DNA of 64,000 nucleotides from Aquificaceae bacterium. GTDB taxonomy: Bacteria; Aquificota; Aquificia; Aquificales; Aquificaceae. A program made the translations under genes and the position numbers. The stretch spans positions 32,001 through 96,000 of the forward strand of contig JAXSNR010000001.1 in NCBI GenBank assembly GCA_037925075.1. Reading direction: 5' to 3'. Positions 40,437 to 51,616 of this stretch are shown here, one piece after another (the first letter of the stretch is position 1; every line of letters starts with the position of its first letter). The notes under the pieces are model-generated. The model was not told the origin of the DNA. It saw only the letters and a program-made list of their open reading frames with translations, and did not search any database.

Positions 40437-41240
40437 TTATTCTTTTTCTATGTCAATTAACCTTCTTACAAGTTCATCTTCATCGTCAATCTCTACCAAT
40501 CGCTTTTTATAAAGCCTCATAAGTGAATCAATTGAAACCACTTTTACAACTATGTCGTCTGATATTCGAAATCTCCTTGTATTTTCGTCTCTCTTAATTA
40601 TCCAAACATGTTTTGTATAATTTTTTATGCCCCATTCACTATCTTGTTCAAACCTGTAAGAATCACCCCTTAAACTATTTATATAGTTCTCTATCTGCTT
40701 TTCCTTTTCCTTCAGATCGCCAAGCGTAGCATCATAAATCACTACTAAATTTCCAATTCTAAAAATGCCATCAGCATGTCCCCTTTGCTTATAAAATTTT
40801 CTTATATTGTTAATCCCTAATAGTTTTAATACTACATGTACATCGTGTTCAAATTGTTCCCAATCATTTTCTGTTTTCAGGCTTTTAAAAAATGGAGGTA
40901 AGTAAGGATCTTCTTGAGGTACCTCTTCGTCTAATTCGTGTATATACCATCCACTCTTAGTTAACTTTAATAGTGGAATGCCCGGTGGGGGCGAATCTAA
41001 TTTAGCCTTAAGGTTAACATTAAAATATATTTTGTCACCAATAATTCTTACGTCAGAAATACGACCTTCGTATATATGCTCAATCTGGCGATTATCATTA
41101 ATCTTCACAAATAGCGTATCAAGTTGTTCACAGTCTTCTATGTTCACTTGTGGTGCAAGTGGCTTAGTGTAAAATGTTTTTGTGACATTATCCCAGTGAT
41201 AACGCCAAGTTGTCACCATGATGTTAATCTTCCTACCCAT
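40437..41240 (-). CDS. Hypothetical protein with restriction-endonuclease-like C-terminal domain
   Basis: WEQFEHDV..LLG, HADGIF..IYDAT resembles a PD-(D/E)xK variant; AT-rich; probable start 41240. Confidence 0.6.
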   Translation of the reverse strand: MGRKINIMVTTWRYHWDNVTKTFYTKPLAPQVNIEDCEQLDTLFVKINDNRQIEHIYEGRISDVRIIGDKIYFNVNLKAKLDSPPPGIPLLKLTKSGWYIHELDEEVPQEDPYLPPFFKSLKTENDWEQFEHDVHVVLKLLGINNIRKFYKQRGHADGIFRIGNLVVIYDATLGDLKEKEKQIENYINSLRGDSYRFEQDSEWGIKNYTKHVWIIKRDENTRRFRISDDIVVKVVSIDSLMRLYKKRLVEIDDEDELVRRLIDIEKE

Positions 41241-41454
41241 GTGTAACATCCTTTTACTTTTATGCCCCTTGCTTATATTATAGTTCAAAACAAGCTGATT
41301 GCCAATATAGTGGTGAAATTCCAAGAGAGTTCTCAAAACTAAGACTATTTTCCTTGTTTTTTCACAAGCCAAAGCCCTCGGCTACTTTCCACTTTAAGTT
41401 TCTTAAATCCCATATCCCTCCAATACCTCTCCACACCTCGGGGCTTTTTGCCAG

Positions 41455-41484
41455 ATTGGTAATAAACATGCCAATTATTTTACT
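41455..41484. repeat. Second copy of the helicase -10/start segment
   Basis: attggtaataaacatgccaattattttact identical to 40256-40285. Confidence 0.9.
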
Positions 41485-41671
41485 TCCTTGACAAGATTTT
41501 CAGTGCTATTTCTTTAACTTTCCCCCTTGTCGCCAAATCCCATGTAAATAGGAACTCTGCATAATGCAACGGTTGCGGACATACAAAATACAAGGCATAA
41601 TCAAGCCTTTAAATTAGTAAACGCAACCCCCAACCAAGCAGGTGCGTACTCTTATTCGAACTTTTTATAGC

Positions 41672-43579
41672 TCATATGAACAACTTTTCATATATTTTTC
41701 TTAAAAAATTAGCAGTCTCTTCATCTTCACAGAATATATATGTACCCTTAATGCCCCTTGTTAAAAATATTCTATAACGGTTTATCAAAAGTTTATAAGC
41801 CCTTTCTTCTGCTTTTTTATCTCCATTTTTTCCAGCATTTATTAACTGTTTCAAACTGCGTTTGCCTATGTTATCTTCACAGTTATCTCCAATTTGCCAT
41901 TTACCATCTCTTATAACAAAATCACGACCCCATATAATACCCGCGTAATCTGTCTCAAACCCCTGGCACCCATATATCGAGGCACACTTTTCTAATTTAT
42001 TTGATTCACCCTTTACCCAGAATGGAACATAATCTTTTTTAGGGTCCATGAGCCAGTAAATATTCTTACCTAACCCCTTATAAATGTCCAATCCAGAAGG
42101 TAATGGATATCCGATACGAAGATTTTTCTCTGATTTTGGATGATCGTTATCCCCAGGCGATTCGGTAAAGGAGGCAATTAAAGCAACTTTAAATCCCTGG
42201 TTCTTTTTATCCTCCAGTAATGAAAATAACTCATCTATATGAGAACACACTTTAAAATCATAATTATCTTTCCATGAATTTATATTGTCTTTTGAAAGAT
42301 TATTTGGATTTTCTAGAAGGTTTTCTACAAACTTATGGTATTGTTCTCCTCCCTGTGTTCTATAAAAACCTTTTAAAAATTTCATTTCTATTGTCTTACT
42401 TTGTCTTTTTGCTTCATTAACAAAATTTTCAGTAGTACCCTCCTCTTCCTCGTTCAGTATCTGGCCCTCATCATAAAAGAAAACAGCTACCCTCCCTCTT
42501 TGCATTGCATAATGAATATTTTCCCTTGTCATCCTTTGAGCTTCATCATATATTACAATATCAAACTTACCACCTTCGAAGTTCTTTTCAGCAATACCTT
42601 TATAATTTCCTTTCGGGCCAACTGAATAAAATTTAATAGGGTCACTAAGGCCATGTCCAATTGAGTCAAAAATACTTTTTATTGAATTTATTAACCTATT
42701 ATTACGGTAAGCCAATATTGTTTCATAGTTATTACTAAAACTATTTAGTAAAAGATGAATTGCAACAAGAGTTTTCCCAGAACCAGGTGCACCTTGAACA
42801 AGGTATACTATGTCTTTTGCATTATTTTTAACATCCATCATTATTTCGTTTATAAGCTCTAATTGCTCCAAAGATAGTCCCCATCCATTTTCTGCTAATG
42901 TCAGATAACTTTGTTTTTGTATTTCTTCAAAATGTTGCTTTATAGCATCAAATAGCTTTTTTGACTGCTTATACTGGCCTTTAATAAATCTTTCTATGGT
43001 TTCATGATCAAGAGTTGATCTGAGATGCGAGCTTATGAAGTCTTTTAATTTTTCTTTGTCGTTTTTGTAAAAAACTTGTATATCATTAAACTTTATTTCT
43101 ACGTCGTTTTCATTAGCGTTGTACATCAGAACTGCTGGTATTATATTGAAATTTTCAGATTCTGAATGAGAAAATATAATCTTCCCAACATAATTTTTTA
43201 CTTGATACTCTGGGTGTGTTGTTATCCCAATATCGCTTTCAATGAGATATTCATGAGAGCATCCATTTGCTTTTTTCCATCCTTTTAGTTCAAAAACAAT
43301 AATGGTAGGTTTGTCGTTCTTATCTTTTCCAAATATAATCAGGTCAATTCTTTCATCACTAAATGGTAATCTGTATTCAAAAACCACAGTTAGGTTGTGT
43401 AGCTCATTATAATTAAGAGCCTCCTTTAAAAAATCTATTGATGATTTCCATGCGTTTATCTGTTCAATATCTGGCTGATCACCATATATAATTCTAAAAC
43501 TATTTTTAAAGGCGTATAACAGTATGTTTGAGTCTTTGACTATAAAATCCCTTATAAGACCGGTAAATATATTGTTCAT
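41672..43579 (-). CDS. DUF2075 (Schlafen group 3-like) helicase with N-terminal nuclease-like domain
   Basis: FEYRLP..RIDLII..FELKGW; GAPGSGKT; DEAQR; SIYGCQGFETDY; YRIFLTRGIKGTYIFCED; SD GGAGG. Confidence 0.85.
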   Translation of the reverse strand: MNNIFTGLIRDFIVKDSNILLYAFKNSFRIIYGDQPDIEQINAWKSSIDFLKEALNYNELHNLTVVFEYRLPFSDERIDLIIFGKDKNDKPTIIVFELKGWKKANGCSHEYLIESDIGITTHPEYQVKNYVGKIIFSHSESENFNIIPAVLMYNANENDVEIKFNDIQVFYKNDKEKLKDFISSHLRSTLDHETIERFIKGQYKQSKKLFDAIKQHFEEIQKQSYLTLAENGWGLSLEQLELINEIMMDVKNNAKDIVYLVQGAPGSGKTLVAIHLLLNSFSNNYETILAYRNNRLINSIKSIFDSIGHGLSDPIKFYSVGPKGNYKGIAEKNFEGGKFDIVIYDEAQRMTRENIHYAMQRGRVAVFFYDEGQILNEEEEGTTENFVNEAKRQSKTIEMKFLKGFYRTQGGEQYHKFVENLLENPNNLSKDNINSWKDNYDFKVCSHIDELFSLLEDKKNQGFKVALIASFTESPGDNDHPKSEKNLRIGYPLPSGLDIYKGLGKNIYWLMDPKKDYVPFWVKGESNKLEKCASIYGCQGFETDYAGIIWGRDFVIRDGKWQIGDNCEDNIGKRSLKQLINAGKNGDKKAEERAYKLLINRYRIFLTRGIKGTYIFCEDEETANFLRKIYEKLFI

Positions 43580-43580
43580 T

Positions 43581-43661
43581 TTATACCTCCCTTAAGTTTT
43601 TCATTACCATAATCTGTACTTTGTTGTAAACCTTAAATTTAGTTTCCCAGCGGAATCTCAT
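43581..43661 (-). pseudogene. Collapsed type I RM specificity subunit (HsdS) remnant
   Basis: SD GGAGG then MRFRWETKFK (HsdS-like N-terminus) joined to NKVQIMVMKNLR (HsdS-like C-terminal helix); follows the hsdM remnant. Confidence 0.55.
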
Positions 43662-43702
43662 AACTCCTCCCGTTTAATCTTTAGAACATTATATCTTCAA
43701 TC

Positions 43703-43855
43703 CTAATGATTTTTGTCTTCAAAGGGAATGCCCCCTTCTTCGGGTTTAATGCCAACATGCGTGCTAAGTTCAAGAGCCACATATTTATACTCATGAGCTT
43801 CAACCTTCCCTCTTAATTTATCCACCGCTTTCCAAAGTTCATCCTCAAAAGACTT
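43703..43855 (-). pseudogene. Collapsed type I RM methyltransferase (HsdM) remnant
   Basis: KSFEDELWKAVDKLRGKVEAHEYKYVAL (HsdM N-terminus) joined to HVGIKPEEGGIPFEDK (HsdM C-terminal-like); no start codon. Confidence 0.8.
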
Positions 43856-44370
43856 CAGACTATCCTGAATATATCCCCTAAGCTTCTTCTTGGTGTAGGT
43901 AGTGGCTCTTCCGCTGGGTATCCTACGGTAAGTATGGCTACGGGTTTTAACTCTTTTGGTGCGGACAGGCTAGACTTTAGACCTGCTTCTTCAAAGGCTC
44001 CTATCCAGCATGTGCCAAGTCCAAGGGCTACCGCCGCAAGCTGGGCATAGGCACAGGCTATGGTGGCATCTTGCACACAGTAAAGTTCTGCTCCCCTTTT
44101 GCCATACTTTATTGCACTCCTTGATGGGTTCGCAAAGAAGACAAAAACCACGGGAGCCTGTGCTATAAACCATTGGCTCAGAGCCCACCGGGCAACTTCC
44201 GCCTTTTTTGCTTCATCAAGGATTACCATCACCTCATAAGCCTGAAGATTTCCCGCAGATGGCGCACTCCTTATGGCTTCCATTATCTTTATGAGCTTTT
44301 CTTCTTCAACGGGCTTTTTCTGATAGCTTCTTATAGAATGTCTGTTTTTTAGCACTTCAAAGAACTCCAT
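43855..44370 (-). CDS. Nitroreductase family protein
   Basis: RHSIRSY, APSAGNLQ, LGLGTCWIGAF, VGYP. Confidence 0.92.
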   Translation of the reverse strand: MEFFEVLKNRHSIRSYQKKPVEEEKLIKIMEAIRSAPSAGNLQAYEVMVILDEAKKAEVARWALSQWFIAQAPVVFVFFANPSRSAIKYGKRGAELYCVQDATIACAYAQLAAVALGLGTCWIGAFEEAGLKSSLSAPKELKPVAILTVGYPAEEPLPTPRRSLGDIFRIV

Positions 44371-44992
44371 CTTTTAAAAGCTCCTCCACCTCTGAGTCTT
44401 CCACCTGTCTAAAATCTTTGTAAAACATGCCCACTGCAAAGCTACCGCTCTCGGAGGTGTGAAGACAATAAACTTCGTCCGCATGCTCTTGCAGTCTTTT
44501 CATGCTTTCCACAGGACACACGGGTACGGCGACCAAAACCCTTTTTGCACCCTTTCTTTTTAGGTACTCCACTCCGGCGATTACCGTCTGCCCTGTGGCT
44601 ATACCATCATCCACCACAAGAACCACCTTATCCTTTGCCTCCAACTCTTTACCCTTTAAAAACTTTTCTTCTCTTTCCCTTATCTTTTTCAGCTCCTCCT
44701 TTGCAACCTTTTCTATGTCCTCTTGGGAAAGTCCAAAGTAATCCACAGTCCATCTGTCTGTGTAGATCCTTCCACCAGGGTCTATGGCTCCAAAGGCAAG
44801 CTCAGGGTTTGAGGGAACGCCCAACTTTCTCACTATAAGAAGGCTTAGGGGCACGCCAAGAGTTTCTGAAACCTCCTTTGCCACCACCACGCCACCCCTT
44901 GGTACTCCAAGCACAAGGTCCACATCTTTTACCTTCTCCTTCAAAAACTCTCCTAAAAGTTTTCCCGCTTCTTCCCTGTTTTTAAAGACCAT
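44357..44992 (-). CDS. Phosphoribosyltransferase family protein
   Basis: FKNREEAG, GVPRGGV, VRKLGVP, VVDDGIATG; start 44992. Confidence 0.88.
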   Translation of the reverse strand: MVFKNREEAGKLLGEFLKEKVKDVDLVLGVPRGGVVVAKEVSETLGVPLSLLIVRKLGVPSNPELAFGAIDPGGRIYTDRWTVDYFGLSQEDIEKVAKEELKKIREREEKFLKGKELEAKDKVVLVVDDGIATGQTVIAGVEYLKRKGAKRVLVAVPVCPVESMKRLQEHADEVYCLHTSESGSFAVGMFYKDFRQVEDSEVEELLKDGVL

Positions 44993-45010
44993 GTCTATAA
45001 TTTTAAAGTC

Positions 45011-45298
45011 ATGGGCAAGCATAGAAAAAATAAGGTGAAGTTAGAGCACCATCTTTTGGAAGGGCTTAGTGAATATCTGGAAGAGCTTTCTCGCATGGAA
45101 TCCGTTAGCTCCATAATACCGGGTAGGATAATAAGGCAGAACGGGGGTAGAGGCTCACGGGGGCTTTTTCTAAAATACAGGACAAGCTCTGGCTATAAGC
45201 TCTTGTACAAGATTGGCACATCTGTGCAAGAGGTTTTTGTGGTATGCAAGGACCCACAAGCCTTTGAAAAAGCCTTTGCGGAGAAAATAAAGCTATGA
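45011..45298 (+). CDS. DUF2103-family protein
   Basis: KLEHHLLEGL, IIPGRI, SVQEVFVV. Confidence 0.65.
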   Translation: MGKHRKNKVKLEHHLLEGLSEYLEELSRMESVSSIIPGRIIRQNGGRGSRGLFLKYRTSSGYKLLYKIGTSVQEVFVVCKDPQAFEKAFAEKIKL

Positions 45299-45786
45299 GG
45301 CTTTTAATTGTATTCCTGTCTTTTGTAAGCCTTTTGATGGCTCAAGAGGTGAAGGTTTCTGCCATAGTTCAGGGCAGGGTGGAAAAGGTGTTTGTAAAGG
45401 AAGGTCAGAGGGTAGAGAAGGGAGAGGTGCTTGTGCAAATAGACCCTGTGCTTTACACAACTCAGAAAAGGAGCCTACAAGCTCAGCTAAATCTTCAAAG
45501 GGTTGTATTGGAGAAGGTGGAGAGGGATTTTAGGAGGTATGAAGAGCTCTTCAACAGGGGGCTTCTTTCAAGGAGCGAATACGAGGACTGGAAAAGTAAG
45601 TATGAAAAGGAGCTTGCACAGCATGAATCTCTAAAGGCTCAACTTGATAGGATAGAAAAGCTTATAGAGTACTGCACCATAAGGTCGCCTGTAAGGGGTG
45701 TTATAAAAAGGCTCTTTGTCAGGGAAGGTCTTTTTGTAAATGGGACTACAAGCCCTGAAGTTTTACTACTTATTGAAGAAAGATAG
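45295..45786 (+). CDS. Short HlyD-like periplasmic adaptor (lipoyl + hairpin)
   Basis: Signal peptide; VQGRVEKVFVKEGQRVEKGEVL, coiled hairpin, TIRSPVRG. Confidence 0.75.
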   Translation: MRLLIVFLSFVSLLMAQEVKVSAIVQGRVEKVFVKEGQRVEKGEVLVQIDPVLYTTQKRSLQAQLNLQRVVLEKVERDFRRYEELFNRGLLSRSEYEDWKSKYEKELAQHESLKAQLDRIEKLIEYCTIRSPVRGVIKRLFVREGLFVNGTTSPEVLLLIEER

Positions 45787-46442
45787 CTACCTTACCACTT
45801 CCCACTCGGTTATAAGATGGGCACCCCTCTTGAAGTGAGACCTAAGCCTTAGGTGAAGAAGGTTTTTTAGGCTTTTAAAGCCCTCTCCACCTACAAGTGT
45901 AGGCACATTCTCACCACCCACTATTACAGGTAGATGTATAAGCCTTATCTCGTCCACAAAACCCCTTCTGATGAATTCCCAGTTTATGGAGGCTCCACCT
46001 TCCACCATAAGGCTTTTTATTCCCTTTTCATACAGAAGAGGCATAAGCCTTTCAAAATCCACAAGGTCCTCACCCACCACCAACACCTCAGCACCCAAAG
46101 CCCTTATTTTTTGAATCTTTTCCTCTGGAGCTCTATTTGTGGTGACTATGATGGTGTGTGCGTCCTTTGAAAAGATGTTGGCATCCAGTGGTACGTTGGC
46201 GGTGGAACAGGGTATTATGCGTGTGGGGTTTTTGCCCTTTACATACCTGACTGTGAGGCTTGGGTTGTCCGTTCTGACCGTCTCACAACCCACCATTATG
46301 CCATCCACCTTTGCCCTTACTTCATGAAGATACCTGTAAGCCTCTTGGTCCATAAGGGTCATAAGCTCCTTGCTGGAAGCACCTCTATATAGGGTCAGCT
46401 TTCCATCCACGCTTACTTCGGAGACGATTATCACATAGGGCC

Positions 46443-46446
<4 letters not shown>
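45787..46446 (-). CDS. 2,5-diamino-6-ribosylamino-4(3H)-pyrimidinone 5'-phosphate reductase (archaeal-type RibD2)
   Basis: RPYVII, SVDGKL, DGIMVG, DNPSLTVR, MVEGGA; no deaminase domain. Confidence 0.82.
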
Positions 46447-48082
<1,636 letters not shown>

Positions 48083-48097
48083 TTAAGCAATTATACA

Positions 48098-48556
48098 CTA
48101 CTTTTCAAATCTGAAAAACACAGAAAGGTAGTCTTTTCCTATTTTGTACCTGCTTATGAGAAGCTTTTCTCTAAACTGCTTAGGTATCTTTTCATAGGTG
48201 TCCGTGAGCACCACAGCTAGCATTACATCTATGCCAAGGTATTCGCCTTCTTTACTAAAGCCCTCCAACTTCAAAAGCTGTTCAATACCATCCTTTGATA
48301 GGATTTTAAAGAAAGCCCATTGCTTGGAAGTTTCCCTATCCTTTCTAACCGTACCATCCACATCCGAAAGTCTTATCTCCTGATCCTTGCTTAGGAAAAG
48401 TACCTTTTTCTTTGTAAGAAGCCTAAGGATGCCATCCTTTATGTCAAAGTTCATGCCGGGGTATGCCTTTTTAAGTTCCTCTGGAGTTAACCTTATCTCT
48501 AACTCCGCATCTATAAGATTGCCGAAGTTTAAAAGGTCTTCAATAAATAAGCCCAT
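48098..48556 (-). CDS. Hypothetical protein (152 aa)
   Basis: Full-length ORF on the local gene strand; no recognised domain. Confidence 0.65.
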   Translation of the reverse strand: MGLFIEDLLNFGNLIDAELEIRLTPEELKKAYPGMNFDIKDGILRLLTKKKVLFLSKDQEIRLSDVDGTVRKDRETSKQWAFFKILSKDGIEQLLKLEGFSKEGEYLGIDVMLAVVLTDTYEKIPKQFREKLLISRYKIGKDYLSVFFRFEK

Positions 48557-48611
48557 AGGTATAAAAATATACCAGCACTTAAGGATTGCGAAAAGAAGGT
48601 TAGCTTTTAAG

Positions 48612-49952
48612 CTATAAGTTTTTCCTTATTTCTCTCCTGTAAGCCCAGTAGAAAATAAGAGCCCGCAGTGTGGTTTCAAAGCTCATAAAGACCCAAGGTA
48701 CCACTGGGTGTGGAAAGAGTTTTAATGTAAGCATGGAAGGTAATATCCTGAAAATCCAAAAGGAGGAGAGATTAACCAAAAGAGGTATATGGGTCTTACC
48801 CATGCCTTTTAGAGAACCAGAAAAGATGCTCGCGTAGGCCATCTGAGGCTGAGAGAGGGCAACTATAACAAGATAATAAACCGCATACTCTATCACTTCC
48901 TTGTCCCTTGTAAAGATGAGAGAAAAGTACTGTGGGAAAAGGGCTATAAAAAGCCCTATAGAGCCCATTATAATTGCGGTGGTGTGGGCACTTGCTCTAA
49001 CACCGTGGTCAAGCCCTTTGAAGTTCTTGGCACCCCAGTTTTGACCTGCCAGTGTAGTTGATGCAATCATCATACCAAAACCTATCATAAAGGAAACACT
49101 TTCTACTCTGAGACCCACTTGATGTGCCGCAAGGACCTTATCTCCAAACTGGGCCACAAGACCCACAAAGATGTTAAAGGAGAGGCTAGTAAAAGCCCTT
49201 TCTATGGCGGTGGGTGTGCCTATTCTAAGCATCTGAAAAAGCACAGCTCTTTTAAAGTTCAGTTTTAAGGGAAAGGGCTTTTTGTACCTTATGTACAGGT
49301 ATATGTAGAAAAGAAGACCCGCAAGCTCCGAAAGGGCTATACCCCAACCCGCACCTGCCACCTCAAGCCTTGGAAAACCAAATTTTCCGTATATGAGAAG
49401 GTACGCGGAGCCTATGTTTATCACATTCATAAGAAGGGCGGCCTTGAAAGGTGTTTTTGTGTCTCCATAGCCGTTGTATCCCGCATAAAGGGCGTTGGTT
49501 ATAAAGCCTACGGTTATAAACATAAAAACAGGCTTTAAGTATTCCCTTGCAAGGCTTGCGACCGTATGGGAAGCTCCAAAGGTGAGCATGAGATGTGCAA
49601 CAAGCTCCTCACCCCAGAAGGTTAGGGGTAAGGCTATCGCAAGGGAAAGAACCATACCCCAAAGAAGAGCTGGTGATGGGTCTTTGCCTGCTCCTACCCT
49701 TTGAGCCACAAGGACAGAGGTGCCCGTGTAGGCAAGAGCCATAAGGGAGTATATGAACCAAAGCATGCTGGTGGAATATCCTACCGAAGCAACCGCAGAA
49801 GCGGAAAGCCCAGAGACCAAAATTATAGAAAAGGCACTCTCTACAGTGTATAGCAGGTTTGACAGAATTATGGGGAGGGCAAGCCTTAGAACTCTACGGG
49901 CAACCTTTAACTTCCCTTCCGAGGGGTCTATAAGGATTCTGTTATCGGGCAT
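48612..49952 (-). CDS. MATE family efflux transporter
   Basis: LALPII, GDTKTPF, GAGWG, IGTP, LAAHQV, GQNWGA; about 12 TM. Confidence 0.9.
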   Translation of the reverse strand: MPDNRILIDPSEGKLKVARRVLRLALPIILSNLLYTVESAFSIILVSGLSASAVASVGYSTSMLWFIYSLMALAYTGTSVLVAQRVGAGKDPSPALLWGMVLSLAIALPLTFWGEELVAHLMLTFGASHTVASLAREYLKPVFMFITVGFITNALYAGYNGYGDTKTPFKAALLMNVINIGSAYLLIYGKFGFPRLEVAGAGWGIALSELAGLLFYIYLYIRYKKPFPLKLNFKRAVLFQMLRIGTPTAIERAFTSLSFNIFVGLVAQFGDKVLAAHQVGLRVESVSFMIGFGMMIASTTLAGQNWGAKNFKGLDHGVRASAHTTAIIMGSIGLFIALFPQYFSLIFTRDKEVIEYAVYYLVIVALSQPQMAYASIFSGSLKGMGKTHIPLLVNLSSFWIFRILPSMLTLKLFPHPVVPWVFMSFETTLRALIFYWAYRREIRKNL

Positions 49953-50688
49953 AGGCTTTCATTACCTGAAGAGTCTTTTCATAGCCAAGCCTGTATATTT
50001 CATCCGCCTTAAGGAGGCTCAAAGGAGAATAAGAATACAGGTCTGGCTCTATCAAAACATGGCACAGCTCTTTTCTTTTCTCCGTGTTAGACCTAACAGC
50101 CAAAAGAAAGCTTCTCACAAGTATCTGAAATATATTCCCAACCCTTTCAAGTGGTGTGTTTGGGTTTACGTCAACGCCCACAAGCATACCTTCCATACCT
50201 AAGAGGGGCTCAACGGGTAGGTTGTTGGTTATACCACCATCCATAAGGATGTAGCTTTTATACCTTACAGGCTCAAATATGCCCGGTAGGGCACAGCTAC
50301 CCAAAAGAAGGGGAAAAAGGCTACCACTGTCAAAATAGTGAGTCTTACCACTTTTTATATCCACCGCACCTATAAAAAGCCTTTTGCTTAAGTCCTCTAT
50401 CCTCTCCACAGAAAGCATGCTTCTTAGATACTTTTCCGCATGTTTTAGAGATATAAGCCCAAGCCTTGGCACTGTGGGTCTAAGGTATTTTAGCCACTCC
50501 CTTGACTTTACCACTTTAAGCATCTCTTCCGGAGTGTAGCCATCGCAGTAAAAGGCACCTACCAAAGCCCCCGCACTTACACCGCTTATGGCCCCTATTT
50601 CAAAGCCAAGCTCTTCAAGGGCTTTTATAACTCCTACGTGTGCAATACCGCGAGAGGCTCCACCAGAAAGTGCAAGATTAACCTTCAT
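49942..50688 (-). CDS. Patatin-like phospholipase
   Basis: LSGGASRGIAHVG, GVSAG, DGG. Confidence 0.9.
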   Translation of the reverse strand: MKVNLALSGGASRGIAHVGVIKALEELGFEIGAISGVSAGALVGAFYCDGYTPEEMLKVVKSREWLKYLRPTVPRLGLISLKHAEKYLRSMLSVERIEDLSKRLFIGAVDIKSGKTHYFDSGSLFPLLLGSCALPGIFEPVRYKSYILMDGGITNNLPVEPLLGMEGMLVGVDVNPNTPLERVGNIFQILVRSFLLAVRSNTEKRKELCHVLIEPDLYSYSPLSLLKADEIYRLGYEKTLQVMKAYAR

Positions 50689-51151
50689 GTATTAAAAGAA
50701 TAGTGCAAAAACAGGCTATTCCATCGTACTTACAAAAGCCCTCTGTGCTTTTACCTTTTATGGATATGTTCTCTGGTGCCACAGACAAAAGCTCCGAAAG
50801 GTTCTTTTTTATGGCTTCTTTGTGAGGTGCTATCTTTGGCTTGTCTGCTATAAGCACACAGTCAAGGTTAAGTATTCTGTAGCTTTTTTCTTTCATTCTT
50901 CTTAGGGCTTCTTGAAGGAAAAGCCTTGAGTCTGCGTTTTTCCACCTTGGGTCCTTGTCTGAAAAAATCTGCCCCATGTCTGGCTCTCCAAGGGCTCCAA
51001 GGATGGCGTCGGTTATGGCATGAAGTAGCACATCCGCATCTGAGTGTCCCTTTAAGCCCACAGAAGACTCAATGACTACTCCACCAAGCTTAAGGGCTTT
51101 TCCTTCCTCAAAAGCATGGGAGTCAAAGCCAAGCCCTATTCTTATGTTCAT
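50678..51151 (-). CDS. ispF: 2-C-methyl-D-erythritol 2,4-cyclodiphosphate synthase
   Basis: RIGLGFDSH, GHSDADVLLHAITDAILGA. Confidence 0.96.
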   Translation of the reverse strand: MNIRIGLGFDSHAFEEGKALKLGGVVIESSVGLKGHSDADVLLHAITDAILGALGEPDMGQIFSDKDPRWKNADSRLFLQEALRRMKEKSYRILNLDCVLIADKPKIAPHKEAIKKNLSELLSVAPENISIKGKSTEGFCKYDGIACFCTILLIHEG

Positions 51152-51576
51152 TGGTTGAGAAATTGCATAAAGTAGAAGATAAGCCAGCCTGTTATGGCTA
51201 CATAAATCCAGACAAAGGCGGTTATTGGAGCTATCTTCCTGTGCCTTTCAAAAAGCCCCTTAAGGGCATACCTCAAGGTTATAACCGCAAGGGGGAAATT
51301 CACTATGGCAAGGGCTGTGTGGGACCAAAGGATAAAAAGAAAAAGCCCCCTATAGGGTCCCTCGTACCTTCCAACGGGCACAAGCCCCTGAGCCTGAAGT
51401 AGGTTCCTAAGGATGTAAAGGAAGACAAATATAAGGGCAAACACGGAGGCGGTTATCATAGCCCTTTTGTGTGCCTGCCTTTTCCCAGCCTTTATGAGTA
51501 TTACACCAAGAACTATGGCAATGCCACTTACGGATATGGTGAGCATACTTAGAAGAGTTATAAAAGTGGTGAGCAT
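51148..51576 (-). CDS. DUF420 family membrane protein
   Basis: HKRAMITA, SHTALA, HRKIA..WIYVAITG. Confidence 0.8.
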   Translation of the reverse strand: MLTTFITLLSMLTISVSGIAIVLGVILIKAGKRQAHKRAMITASVFALIFVFLYILRNLLQAQGLVPVGRYEGPYRGLFLFILWSHTALAIVNFPLAVITLRYALKGLFERHRKIAPITAFVWIYVAITGWLIFYFMQFLNQ

Positions 51577-51616
51577 GTAGTTTATTATACAAGTACAAAG
51601 GTGTTAAAATCTTAGT

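Noticed and set aside
41485..41560. Possible hsdR remnant (KVKEIA..NLVKEVK with a frameshift)
   Set aside because: Too short and generic to support without a search
40314..43858. Prophage, IS or integron call for the island
   Set aside because: No integrase, transposase, phage genes or convincing attC sites are visible
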